This document shows positions 32,420 to 44,819 of a stretch of DNA of 64,000 nucleotides, in pieces. Within the stretch, counting starts at the first letter, position 1, and each line of letters starts with the position of its first letter. Both the position numbers and the translations under genes were made by a program. Source of the stretch: Macrostomum hystrix (lineage: Eukaryota; Animalia; Platyhelminthes); NCBI GenBank assembly GCA_950097015.1, contig CATNEN010000039.1, positions 8,370,001 through 8,434,000 on the forward strand. The letters run 5' to 3'. The notes under the pieces were generated by a model. It made no database searches. It worked only from the letters and a program-made list of their open reading frames with translations, and was not told the origin of the DNA.

Positions 32420-32730
32420 CTTCTAGATAAAGGTAGGTGACCACCAAATATGGAGATGATGCAGGCACATTTGGCACTGATGCATGGATTACTAAGGCTA
32501 TTTCAAGCATAGGGGTGTATGAAAAACACTAGTTCTTATGGGAAAAATCTGACCTTTTAAAAGAACCATCAAATATCTTGATAGTCAGAAAAGCTAGTGA
32601 CTTGAAGTATGTTTCAGAAGATGGGCAACAAAAATTTGGTCCATGCTTGTGAGTTTTGAGTGCTTGAGTTGCTCCATTTGGGTGTAGCACAAAACATTGT
32701 CAGCCCATAGAATTCCCTTGGTAGTTCTAT
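32420..32730 (+). mobile_element. Old, CpG-decayed arm of the foldback element family at 26709-27673
   Basis: Colinear with 27397-27670 (TCTAGATAAAGGTAGGTGACCACC, ATAGGGGTGTATGAAA, TCTTATGGGAAAAATC). Confidence 0.8.
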
Positions 32731-33480
32731 ATTTAGGAATTTAAGCACTCTATATTTGTTGGTCTTTCTGACTTATTCTTTAGGGCTATGATAAAAGCAA
32801 GCTGGGTCAATAAGTTTTAAGTTGTAAAACTAGTAATATATAAGTGGCAACACATTGCAAAATTTCTAAATACATATTAATAGGGGCTTTTAATATCAGT
32901 ACGAGTAAAGCTTGGAGCAATAGACCTGATGGAATAAATAAAGATAGTAGGTACAACTCCAAAAAAGCCGTAGGTAGCTGTAATTAGCAATATAAACAAC
33001 ACGGACTATAACTAAGATATCTATTTGAAAAATAACTAATTTAATATTGTTTTCACTTCTTATTTTCATTCAATATACACAACTTTTGCAACATATTTTA
33101 ACATATTTTATGTCATGGTTTATTCATTTATGCAACATACATAGGTAATTGTAGCTCATATGTAAATGTTATCAGAAACTATTTCTCAAGTTTTTGGATA
33201 GAAAATTTTGGAAGCAAAAATGCTATGCCAAGGTTGACTGCCAAGTGCCAAGTATAGTTGGAGTCTTTAAACATCATAGTTGCTCTTTGGCTTCTTTGAC
33301 TTTACTCTGTGAGTTTATTGATTAAATTAAAACTAGATACCAATTAGTTAAAATTTAAATTAAATACATTAAATCTATTAATCTGTGAGATGTACATTAC
33401 ACTGAAATGTGCATCAAATTGCCACATTTAAATGTTTGAGAAACATGTAAGAAAAAAACTATGTGATATATTAATATTCC

Positions 33481-34105
33481 GGGTGTCCGGAAAGTCATGA
33501 GAAAACTACAAAAGGTTAATTATAAAAATGCACAGAACAGTGAAACTTTACTAATCAGTAATGTAATTTCCCCTGAAGTCAATCACAGCTTGGCAGTGCT
33601 TCACGAGCCGTAGAACCTCGTGTTTCAAGCAGTTTGCATCCAGACCCCTCGTCCACTGCAACGCGGCCTCACGGACCTCATCGTGGCTGCTGAACTCCCG
33701 CAGTGGGTACGACTCGTCATGGAACCTTGTGTACCATCGGTACACTGACGACAGACCAGGCGCCACATCTCCATGCACTTTCAGCAGTTCTCCATGGCAA
33801 TCAGGAGCAGATATACCAAGCTTATACCTGGTATAAGCATAAGCTTGAAACTCGTCTACATCTCAAAGCAGCAGCAAGGATCAATGAAGAAAAAAGTAAC
33901 GATAGATGCTTGCTTTGCCTCTGCGTTGCAGTGGCCTAGACTTCTAAGTTATAACCATCAGCCTTACCCCCAAATTTGAAGCTAGAATCTAGCTCTTTCA
34001 GCTATAGACATATATTAAGTCAAGTGTTAGAATGGTACAGTATCTTGTCAATAGCTTGTGTCTAAGTAGTTAGAATAACATATTCTCATGACTTTCCGGA
34101 CACCC
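33481..34105 (-). mobile_element. Internally deleted mariner element
   Basis: 23-bp TIRs GGGTGTCCGGAAAGTCATGAGAA. Internal ORF 33551-33778 joins a mariner N-terminal HTH piece (HGDVAPGLSSVYRWYTRF) to the C-terminus (FSSHDEVREAALQW...LVKHCQAVIDFRGNYI) with the DDD domain missing. Confidence 0.85.
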
Positions 34106-36454
34106 AATATCTATATTTAGTACTTTTTATTTATTACTTTGTTTGCTATCCAATTTATTCATACAGTGAAGTCAAAGAAGCCAAACAGCAACAAAGATGA
34201 AGTTGAGAAATAGTTTCTGATGATATACACTTGAGCTAAAAGCCTAAAATTACCTATGTTTCATAACATGACAAAAGCACAATAGATAATATATTTAAAA
34301 TACATACAAAATCATATACATAGGCCAGCAAGTACAAAAAGGCCAAATTATAATAATAAGATTATTATAATAAGATTGTACAACTTATAATAATAATATT
34401 TATTTTTACACATTTTAGTTACATAAAATAAATCAAATTATTGCAGATGTGTTCATCACATTTTTTCATCAAGCCTGTCACACTTTGGGGATCACATCAG
34501 AATTTTTCACATTTATTGTTTTTTATTTGTTTCTTTCATGCCCATTTTTTACTTAATACTAGTCACCCATCTTGGTAAAACTAAGGGGGCACGTCACACA
34601 TTTGAGACCAGCCCTGTCAAGCATCTGCACAGTTTTGGCAGATAATCTAATAAGGCTATAAAGTTGTACATAGCATAGAGTTTAAAATGAGCTGTCTAAT
34701 GTGAGCAAGAAAAATAAATAGGCCTACATAGGCCTAATTTTAAACATGTAATCTGCCCTTACAAAAACTGGTATTTACTTAAGAGACAAAGCTTTTTCTT
34801 AAAAATTAATTTATCAATAAATAATGAAACTGATGTGTATCAATGTGATACAATATTTTTATTTTATGAATTATCCTTATAGATCTTACCAAAGCCTAGC
34901 CCCTAGTTACAGAGTTTAAATGCTGAAGTTTAAATTTTGAAATACATAGGCCTATGATCAAATCTACTAAAAAGAATATGTGCCAACTTTGTGTGTCAAA
35001 GTTTTATGTCAGAGACCTAATAAAAAACTAGACTAAGCTTCAGTAGAGTATTTCACGACTCAACAGCAAGCCAATGATATGATAATGAATAGCTATAATG
35101 GTTACATAACATAACTTTGGGTCTTTAGTCTGACGAGTTGCAAGATTTTATGAGTAGGGGCCTAGAATTTAGATTTTGAAGTTTTTATTAGAAGGCAGAC
35201 CAGAATTTTTGTAATAATAATTAATTTGTGAAGCTTAGCATATTTTTATCGATTTTGACAGGCCCTTCACTATTTCTTGACTTTTTTTATTGTCTTGACA
35301 AGACACAGTGACACACGATAAGATTAAGGTTTTCTAAGAAAAAGTTCAAAATGATTTTTTGTATTTCAATAAAAATTCGTAGTTTGACGACTTTTTGACG
35401 AAAACCTAACTATTAAAAAGCTGTACGGATAACAGATTTCATATTCTTTAGAGAAAAAATTCTTTCCACACGACAGATTATACGGCAGCTTTTCAAGCTG
35501 TCTATAAAGTACATGTATTTGGTAACTGTCACTCACCAAACCAACAAGCAGATGAGAAAACAATCCAATTGTTATAAATTCGAAGCCAAAGCTTTTATTT
35601 TAGCATAAAAATGTGACTGTGTGATATTTAAGTGTCTGTGTGAAATTATCATGGTTAAATAAAATAATATGGATGCAACAGTAGAATTTTATGCTGAAAT
35701 TATAATATATATTTCTAATTTGCAATGATGCTGGCTTATATTACCACAAGTCGCACATTTACACCTTGCACTTTAATGATTTAATGTGAATTTTCATCAT
35801 AGAAAGATATTTTCTATCTGTTTAATTGTACACTAACAGCTTCTAACGTCTAAGGGATAATAAATTGAGTTTTTATTTCTCGTTTATTACAAATTTATAC
35901 AGGCTCTATGTGTATTTAAAAATATTTTAATCAGATTTTCAAGCTTTGGTGGATATTAATGCCCTATTTTGCTCTCATCTGCTTTTCGCAGACCAAAAGC
36001 AGCTGCAGTAAGAGTCCGCAGATGCATCTGTTTACAATACAGCTAGCTGGCTCCACTTGCAATACCCCACCAAAACCGGAGATGATATATTTGCATGGCT
36101 CACTCTACTGCCAGCAAATGATACAGCCACTTATTGGTTTTCACGTTCTGGGAGACAGCTGCTAGACTGCTGCTGTTGGTGCTCTTGCCGGGGTGAGAAG
36201 GCTGGGTTGAGCATTTCACCAGGCTCACGCACGCGACAAACTATTAGGTCCCATTGGGTTCTGCTGGGTACATTGTCCTTTAACTGAGCCATCAGCTGCA
36301 CAGCAATATATGCGTGCTTGCCGGTTTAGCGATTTCAGAGAGGAGTACAGCCGGTTCCGTCATCTGAATTTTTCATTTTCTCATTGTTTTGGATTAATTA
36401 ATTTCAAATTCTCAATGCTTTAATTGAGATCATATTTATTACCGCTTGCAGTGT

Positions 36455-36786
36455 ACACCTGCCTGATTGGGTCGGATGTGCAATAGCACAGCCACAGCTA
36501 TTCCACGGCGCATAAATATAAGTTACTTTTTGTGAAATTGATTTACTCTAACTTGGGCAGGCCGTCTCGCGGACGAAATCGAAGTTACTAATCGGGTACA
36601 CGAGCACCCCCCTCCCCGCCGGTGAAATTGAAGTTACTAAGTAGTTTGAAATAAAAGTTGAAAACCAATAAAGCAATACAGAAGTGTCTTGCTAAGGGGC
36701 AAAGTTTTCTCCAGTGGAGTCGGGAATCGAACCCCCGACCTTCAAGTTCGTGAGTCCAATGCTCTTACTAGTAGGCTACAACCCCT
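36455..36786 (-). mobile_element. SINE family B, degenerate or interrupted copy
   Basis: tRNA-like head at 36710-36786 and tail fragment at 36455-36515 match 52505-52781. Confidence 0.65.
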
Positions 36787-37163
36787 ATTGTGCATAAACT
36801 GAGTGCACGGTGCAACGTACAGGGTACATTGTGGCTGACTCTAGCGCACTAGATGCAATTTGAAGCTATGCCTACATGGGAAAATGTTTTATTGCTCATC
36901 TGGCAGGCGCCGTGAGTACAAAAAAGCTGGGCAAACCAGACAGATCTGGATGCCATGCGATTCCGCCTGTTCCTATTAATCATTTCCACCTCATGCGCCA
37001 GCCAATCAAGCTTTAGCGGAGTCTGAACTCAATTCCATAAACCCGCATACATAAACGAACAGAGAATGTCTAAACAGCTTAAACTGCCAGCAATTTCCAT
37101 TTAGATTGGTATATTCTTATAAAACTTCACATATTAGTTTTATACTTCACAGAACCCAGTGAC

Positions 37164-37803
37164 ATGGGACAGCATCTGAGCTGCGAAAGCTACTGCGTAT
37201 CTACAATGCAGCGACTAGCTGCCGAACTAAACACTACGGACAGTCAGGTGAAATGCGCATAAATTGGCTAAGTCCGACCCTTCTGCGAAGGATTAATGAA
37301 CCACCCGACCCGTTAAATGGCTCTTGCAGGTCAGCGAGTGCCAGGTTGTCTCCAGCAACTGTCCAAGTGGAGGCAGCAGCAACTTGAAGCTGCAGTTCTC
37401 ATGGCGCGAATGGCAGCGAGTTAGCGGCTACCTCGAGCGCGTCCTTCCGTCAGCTGAACAACGTCGCCTGCTCGACCATCTCTTGCTCGACGTCACTGGG
37501 CTGCGAACCATTGACCTTGGGGCCATCTGGGAGGCGGTTGTTGGAGTTGTCGACCCCGAATTCGAGGCAAACGGCTATGATGATGACGTGTTTCATTCAT
37601 CGGTGACTAACTTGCCAGAGACGAGTAGCAGTTTGAATCTGAACGCCGCTGCCGAGTGGACGGTTCACCCGGACTGGGCAGACGGCACCTGCAATAATCC
37701 GCTTCTTTATCGCGACTTTGCTAAAATTCACCTGCAACTGACGCCTGTCTTCTCAGCATTCAACCTCGACCTGTCCACAACAATTGGGTCGGGTGAAGAA
37801 AAT

Positions 37804-37849
<46 letters not shown>

Positions 37850-38331
37850 TAAGCCAAGTGGAAGTGGAGCATCCATCATCGGTTTCTGTTTATGGCTACA
37901 GAGCTAATAGACGGGTGAGTAATGCCAGCGTAAATGATCTGCGTAGTTACGTCACGGCCTTCGCTGACCGGGTGGCAGAGGTGGTGCGGTCTCGTTGCGC
38001 AAGGCTCGGTGTGAGCTTCCTTACGACAGCCACGCATTACCACGCCTGTCACAACTGCTTGGTGATTAGTGGGACAGTAGACGTTCAATCGCTGCTGCGC
38101 CAGAGTGGCGGAATCGAGCTTCGGTCGTGGGTTAACATGGAGGCCGAAGGTCAGGAGCTCGCTGACCAGTTGCAACGCTCCATCGGACGCAGCTTTGATG
38201 GTCTGATGGAAACACAGCCGCAGCCGGCTGGAGGCAAGTACTTTCCAATGCTGATGTACTACTGCGACAATCGCAAGCTCGTGACCATTATCTATGGCCT
38301 GGAGTCGAAGCGCCTGACTGACCAGATCTGA
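37164..38331 (+). CDS. Uncharacterised ~361-aa protein with N-myristoylation-like start and polyQ, 2 exons
   Basis: Exon 37164-37247 (MGQHLSCESY...DSQ|GT) joins in phase 0 to 37330-38331 (TTGCAG| acceptor). Long clean ORF with a (CAG)15 tract. Confidence 0.75.
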
Positions 38332-38616
38332 CCAACTGAGTGCCGAGCTGTTCGATTCGGTCTTGCTTGAAAAATATCCGACACTCACTTCATAATAAAG
38401 AACTCTTCATATATAGATGCAGTTTCGTTTGACCTAAAAATGTACCGCAGTAAAGCTTGGACATGTTCATGCATGCAGCTGGTGACCACTTTTAAATTTA
38501 CTGTGCTTTGCTCGTTTTATCTTACATTTATATAAAACGAGCAGACGGAAGTGCTTAGCTCTGTCTCACAGCTGAACCGGCTAGTGCAGTAGATTCAGGT
38601 AGCATTCACTGGGATT

Positions 38617-39170
38617 TGTCAGCTGCCAGTCGTCTCAGTTGTCAGTTGCTGGTTGGCAGTTGTCTCAGCTGGCAGTTGTCTCAGCTGGCAGTTGTCTCAG
38701 CTGGCAGTTGTCTCAGCTGGCAGTTGTCTCAGCTGGCAGTTGTCTCAGCTGGCAGTTGTCTCAGCTGGCAGTTGTCTCAGTTGTCAGTTGCTGGTTGGCA
38801 GTTGTCTCAGCTGGCAGTTGTCTCAGTTGTCAGTTGCTGGTTGGCAGTTGTCTGAGCTGGCAGTTGTCTCAGCTGGCAGTTGTCTCAGTTGTCAGTTGCT
38901 GGTTGGCAGTTGTCTCAGCTGGCAGTTGTCTCAGTTGTCAGTTGCTGGTTGGCAGTTGTCTGAGCTGGCAGTTGTCTCAGCTGGCAGTTGTCTCAGCTGG
39001 CAGTTGTCTCAGCTGGCAGTTGTCTCAGCTGGCAGTTGTCTCAGCTGGCAGTTGTCTCAGCTGGCAGTTGTCTCAGCTGGCAGTTGTCTCAGCTGGCAGT
39101 TGTCTCAGCTGGCAGTTGTCTCAGCTGGCAGTTGTCTCAGCTGGCAGTTGTCTCAGCTGGCAATTGTCAG
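38617..39170. repeat. 16-bp minisatellite
   Basis: About 30 copies of GTTGTCTCAGCTGGCA with interspersed variant units. Confidence 0.97.
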
Positions 39171-39883
39171 ATGACACTTCGGGTGGACCCATCTATTTAT
39201 AATTGCGCGTGTAAAGTTTCTTTCTTGAGGAAAAATATTTTGAACTCGCACACTGTACACTTTGCTGTCGTACTGTCTTAGCAAATGAATTTAAACTAGT
39301 AACAGCTTCATTGTTTAAAAGTTAATTTTTCATCATCGAAACGGGTTATTGTTTTCCGACACGTTAATTAAAAAAGGATGTTTTTTTATGGCGTATAACC
39401 TGGTCCCAATGATCTAGCTTGTTTCAACTGCTTGTGAAGCTGGCGGCGGAGTCTAGACAAGCTGTGATGGGGCAGTGATGGCGTACGCCTGAAGTGTGGC
39501 CTGATTTCCCTCCTGATTAGTTCCTAGATCGCTGCTGTCACAGAGCGGGGGATATTGTGCCTAAATAATGCACGGAATTTCCACCTCACTACTATATCCA
39601 TAACGACGATGCGTAAATAGAAGGTGCGCTCAGACGAGGTCAATATAACTAATGCTCATCGGTGCAATGAAAGCCACTGCAATCAAATTTAACTACGAGC
39701 CTAAAACCCGTTGGGAGCGATTGCGTTCCAAATAGATGCGTTTTCCTAAGCCCTAATTCAATTAATTCTTTTTTAACTTGCTTTTGCAACCTGCAAGACT
39801 GAAATTGCAATTCGGAAAAAATGATAGTTTTGAGTTCTGCTATTTTGTTTAAATATCCTTTCTTGACAGATTATGTTTTGTTA

Positions 39884-40165
39884 AGGTCCCTGAGTTCGAT
39901 TCCTCGGCGAGGCCACATTTATTTAGGAGCCGCGGAGAAGCTGGGGGGCTTGTCGTGCAATTCACGCCATTGAGGGCCAACCTCAAAAGACACAGGGAGA
40001 GTGTACACTGCCTGACGATGTGAAAGTCAAGGCAGATGAAAACAAACGCGTGCGCGGGTGTGCTCAGGAGTCAGCGGAATGAGCAGAATTGCCTCCTCAC
40101 TGGCTGCGGGTCTATACTGTCACCAAGTGATTTCTTATTGCTTTGAGCCCTGCGGCAATTATTAA
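39884..40165 (+). mobile_element. SINE family A copy
   Basis: B box GAGTTCGATTCC, SINE A body and AATTATT tail. Confidence 0.82.
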
Positions 40166-41125
40166 TATTTTTGCAGGTGTCCTCGGTTGACAGTGATGTG
40201 AATGTGATAATGTACAAGTGTACATTATTTCCTGCCCTGCATATTTCTGGTTATCTGCTGAGAAATCCTGTCTGGGTATAAATATTAATTGCCGAGGATT
40301 AGACTAGGAAGGGTTGAGCAGATAGATCGCAGCGTTGCACAGTCGCTCCTGCTTAGGCCTATTATAGGCGACGAAAAGGCCGTTAGCATGCATAAATTTT
40401 GCAGTGGCCTTTTCGGAGGAAAGTGGCTGTTGGGAAAATGCGCCGAGAACTGCTTCCCAGAGCCGTCATTCTATAATCCCCTCGCTTGAGCTGTTGAAAA
40501 GCCCACTTATTCCAATTCCCAGTAGCGCTCAAAACACACATTAGTGCTCAAACAACCTCGCTGGCTACTCTCGATCGGGTTATTTGATCGGCCATTAAGC
40601 TGACACAGGATTATCCATCCGCTCAGCCAGCCAGTGTTCAGTTTCCCCCAAGAGATTATCGACATCCGCAAACTGTCATGCTGAAATGTAGAGCCTTGAA
40701 TCAAGTGGAGCTACATTGTTAGACAGTTAAATAGAATGGACGTTTAGAGTTTTTATTTGAAAAAATCTAAAAATAAATTGTCTTGGTAGTAAAATAACTT
40801 TACTTTGTAGGAAAATTTTCACTTGCTTTTTTGAGAGTTAAAAAATATTTTTTCCTAATTAGTGAGTTATGTACTACTTTAAGTACGACATTAAGAATCG
40901 TTTCAGAACATTTTAGTCGAACAGTTTACGTCACTGTATCCGCGAATCACTGCTATTGGTTGATTTGTGCGGAATCACGAACTCTCGCTGAAAGTACACT
41001 AGAGACTGAGCTGCAGTAGCTTGAAGCAGGTTCAAAAGCTAAATATTGTTGAAGTGGCTGTGTCAGCCCCTTTCAATGACTTACTTCCTCATCGCAGCAC
41101 GAAAGCTGATTTCAAGCCGATACCC

Positions 41126-43599
41126 ATGCGCTTAACAGTGAATGTTGCTCTATCACTGATAATATGTTTGGGAGGCCGACTCACAGACGGATGCACTTAC
41201 TCCTACAGCGAAGATCGCCGAGCGGTTTGCAGATTTCCCTCGGTGGGCAACCCGAAGGATGGCAGCGACGTGATTCGCGAGTGCCTCGGCCCAGATGCGG
41301 ACCGGCTATGGTGCCCGACAACGGCCGACTACTGCGGCGAAGGTCGCTTCGCCTGGTGTCCTGCCACGGAGGACACTTTCGGTGGCAACGACCCAGGGCG
41401 TCAGTGCCAGTTTCCCTTCTGTTACAAGGGCGTCGAGCACCTTTACTGTACTACAGCAGATACTGGAAGAGTGCCGCAAACCATTATTGATAAGCTTTTT
41501 GGGACTCGACGTTACGAAAAGTCAGGTAAGAATTATTGCAAATTTTAGCAGCGTCTGAAGGATACGTTGAAACAACATTCGAATTGCATTGCATAATTAT
41601 CAGATGCTGCCTTAAGTATGTTTAAAGTTAAATGGACAAAGTTTCTTAACCCAGAGGATAAGCAATAAACAATAATAATAACAATAAATGACTACACTTG
41701 CCCCAATAGAGACAGATGTGCAGCTGACAGCACAGTCGCAGCTGTACGGCTGTTCTGTCCATGGACTGGGGAGCGCCAAACATTCCATGAATTGCTTCTG
41801 TGCGTGCTGTTAGCGATTAAATTAAATTACAGCTGGTTTAGTTTAATCAAAGAAGAGAGTTAAGTGTCTTACTATATAGGACACAGATAGTTCTGTTGGA
41901 GTCGGGAATCGAACCCCCGACCTAAATTGTGTTTCGATTTTTTGGGCAAGTTTTCTATCCCAGAGGATCGCTAGAAAGATCAGAAAGATAAAACTAACAA
42001 TTGACAAAATCATAACAACTTCCAATTAATCTGCTTATGTAAAGTTCAGAACGTAACGTTGATTCGTAGATACGAAGGACTGAGAGACTGCTACAACACT
42101 AGTTGCAAGTTCCTCTGGATCAGCTAGTCGGATCTTCACTGATCTAATTGAGTCGGCTGTCAATGAGTACGGCTCAAAAGACAATGTCAATTAACGAGAA
42201 ATATCCCCAAATTCTGATGAATGCTTGAGCAACAAGCCCAATTAAGCTCGCTGTATGCCCACACATCAGGCAGAGATCATGTTACTTTCCATCACATCAG
42301 GAGCTTTAGTTAGCCCCATCAGATGATTCAGCTCCAGTGCACACTGTCAGTTTACGAATCAGTAGTGCATGAGCGAACGGGAGCACTTTTGCTATCGTCG
42401 TTTTTAAATTGTAGCGTAGAAAAGCATCTGCAAGCATCTCGGAAACTAAATGAAGAGGGGTATACTCGTAGTTTCACGTTTTCACTGATTTTACCAGGTA
42501 TATGATGTCTAATGGTTAATCGGAATTAGTTAAAAAAAGAGACAGGTAATTTGACAAGAGAGAAATGGGTTTAAGTTGTACGAAGTGTCTGGCTATCACA
42601 CCAATGTTCCTGAGCTCGATTCCGTGGCGAGGCCACATTTATTTGGGGCGCAGCCGCGGAGAGAAGGCTGGGGGCTTGACGTGCAATTTACGCCCTTGGG
42701 GGCCAACCTCAAAAGACACAGTGAGAGTGTACACTGCCTGATGATGAGAAAGTCAAAGCAGATGAAAACACCTGTGCTCAGGAGTCAGCGGAATGAGCAG
42801 AATTGCCTCCTCGCTGGCTGCGGGTCAAATGATGTGCCATTGCCCACAGACCTCCTGCAAATATTAATATTATTATCAACATTTATTCATCGGTGCAGAA
42901 GTCTACTACTGGTGCTCGACAACTGCCGGAAACTACACAGGCCGGTGGACAAAGTGTCGCACAGACCGGCCGCACCTGCTGCCCTGCACTTTCCAGGAAG
43001 GAGGAAGCGGCGAGTGCCGCCGGCGACCGCCACTCCGGGGCTGGTTCTGCCTCACAGCTGGAGGTCATTATCGAGCCTGCCCTGAAACTGACGCCACCGA
43101 GGCCGGAAACGACCCCGGTCGACGGTGCAGCTTCCCGTTCAAGTACCGGGGAGTGCGTCATCACCAGTGCTTGAGACACTCGCCAAACAGCGCTGGCTTC
43201 AACCAGCATCGTCAGCAGTTGACGCCTTACCTGTGGTGCGGCACAACGCCAAATTATGATCGTGACAAGCGTTGGACTCGTTGCAAGCCACCTCCAGAAC
43301 CCCTGCGCCTCGAAGGACCATTGCTCCTGGCTGTGGTTCTAGGTTGTGTACTTACCGGAGCATGCGGCCTCGCCTGCCTCATGTACTGCCTGTGCGACCG
43401 CGCGCGTCTTCTCTGCGCCTGGCTCCGCAGGCGGCTTCCGCTGAGACGCCGGCAGAAACGGGTCGCCAAGTCGACTTCCGCCACGGATTTCAAGCATGAC
43501 TCGATGCCGTTGACGCCGACGGCACCGTCGCCACCGTCGCCACCTCCGCCAAGCTATGTGGAGGCCATGCTGAACTCGGTAGTAAACAACGACGTCTGA
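41126..43599 (+). CDS. Type I membrane protein with tandem fibronectin type II-like domains and a cytoplasmic PPxY motif, 2 exons
   Basis: Exons 41126-41525 and 42899-43599 (phase 1). Signal peptide; CRFP...WCPTTADY, GGNDPGRQCQFPFCYKG...C...WCSTT, GNDPGRRCSFPFKYRG...WCGTTPNYDRDKRWTRC; TM LLLAVVLGCVLTGACGLACLMYCLC; tail PPPPSY. Confidence 0.85.
41690..41925 (-). mobile_element. SINE family B, degenerate copy in FN2-gene intron
   Basis: GGGAATCGAACCCCCGACC (B box reverse complement), GAGTTAAGTGTCTT core and GTCCATGGACTGGGG tail. Confidence 0.65.
42590..42875 (+). mobile_element. SINE family A copy just upstream of FN2-gene exon 2
   Basis: Homologous to the SINE A consensus. Confidence 0.82.
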
Positions 43600-43764
43600 G
43601 CTTACTGAAGGCGATCAGCTGTAGAGTTGTGAATAGATGCGACTTTCCAAGAATACGAGTAGCTAGTTGACATCGCGCATTTTAAGAGCAATACGATAAT
43701 AACCTTTAGATCTAAGGAATACCCTCTTGATAATGTATTAATAATATTAGCATGAGGACTTTGT

Positions 43765-44097
43765 CCAATGGCACATCATTTGGTGACACTTGATCCGCAG
43801 ACAGCGTGGAGATAATTCAGCCCATTTCACAGACTCCTGAGCACACACATACACAGATACTGTACGCAGACAAACGCTCGCATGGGTATGTAAATCTGCC
43901 CTGACTTTCTCATTGTCAGGCAGTGTACACTTTAAATGTGCCTTGGAGGCTGGCCCTCAAGGGCGTAAATTGCACGTCAAGCCCCAAGCCTTCTCTCCGC
44001 GGCTGCGCCCCAAATAAATGTGGCCTCGCCGTAGAATCGAGCTCGGGGACCTTGGTGCGAGAGGCAAACGCGTTAAGCGCTCTGCCACACAGCCCCT
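43765..44097 (-). mobile_element. SINE family A, full-length copy
   Basis: Homologous over its whole length to 4285-4620. Confidence 0.87.
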
Positions 44098-44819
44098 AAG
44101 CATATCCCTCTTACAGTTGAGTAAATCCTAGGCAAGCCTTTAAAAGCATCCAACTCAAACTCCATCAGACACAGCAGTAGCTGAATATGCATTTCAACAT
44201 AATCCTCAAAATCTGCTAGTCGGATAAAGACAGATTTTGTAAATATCTTTCTGCTCTAAAAGTATTTTTGCAAAGTGATGCATGGGTATTACTGTGCATC
44301 TGTGCTGTGTAATTGGTACATCATTTAGCGACAGTAGACATACAGCCAACTCAGAAACACTAGCACACATCTGACCTGAATTTCTTTTCGTCGGAGGCCC
44401 TCACGGACGAATTTTACGACAACTCCCTTGTAAAATTAGTAAAAATAAGCAAGTACATCTACAAGTAGCGTTTTTTCGCTTAATGCCGAGCCCCAGGGTC
44501 TATACTGTGAGAGAAATGAATTTGTAGCAGGGCAAGTGGGCCCGGGCATTCCGTATCAGTCCTGTCATCGAGGCTCTGTCTTGCTACTCGACAATGCACT
44601 AATTTCAGATCAGCCATGCGTTTCATAAGAGATGACTGCATGGCTGACAGCTTTTGCCAAGGTCAGAAGCTCTCCCCACATCGATCGACGATATTCATCA
44701 GTGAAGCCACAGTCTTGCTTCAGTATTTTTTCTTGAAAAAAAATTGTTGCAAATCCCTAAACGAGTATTTTTAAAGCCACCTTGCTACTTACTTTGTTTA
44801 TATGCTATTCTCTCTTCCA

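Noticed and set aside
40005-40040. Hammerhead-like CTGACGA...GAAA in SINE A
   Set aside because: Only 3 nt separate the two core motifs, so there is no stem II, and stem III cannot form. The segment folds as a simple hairpin.
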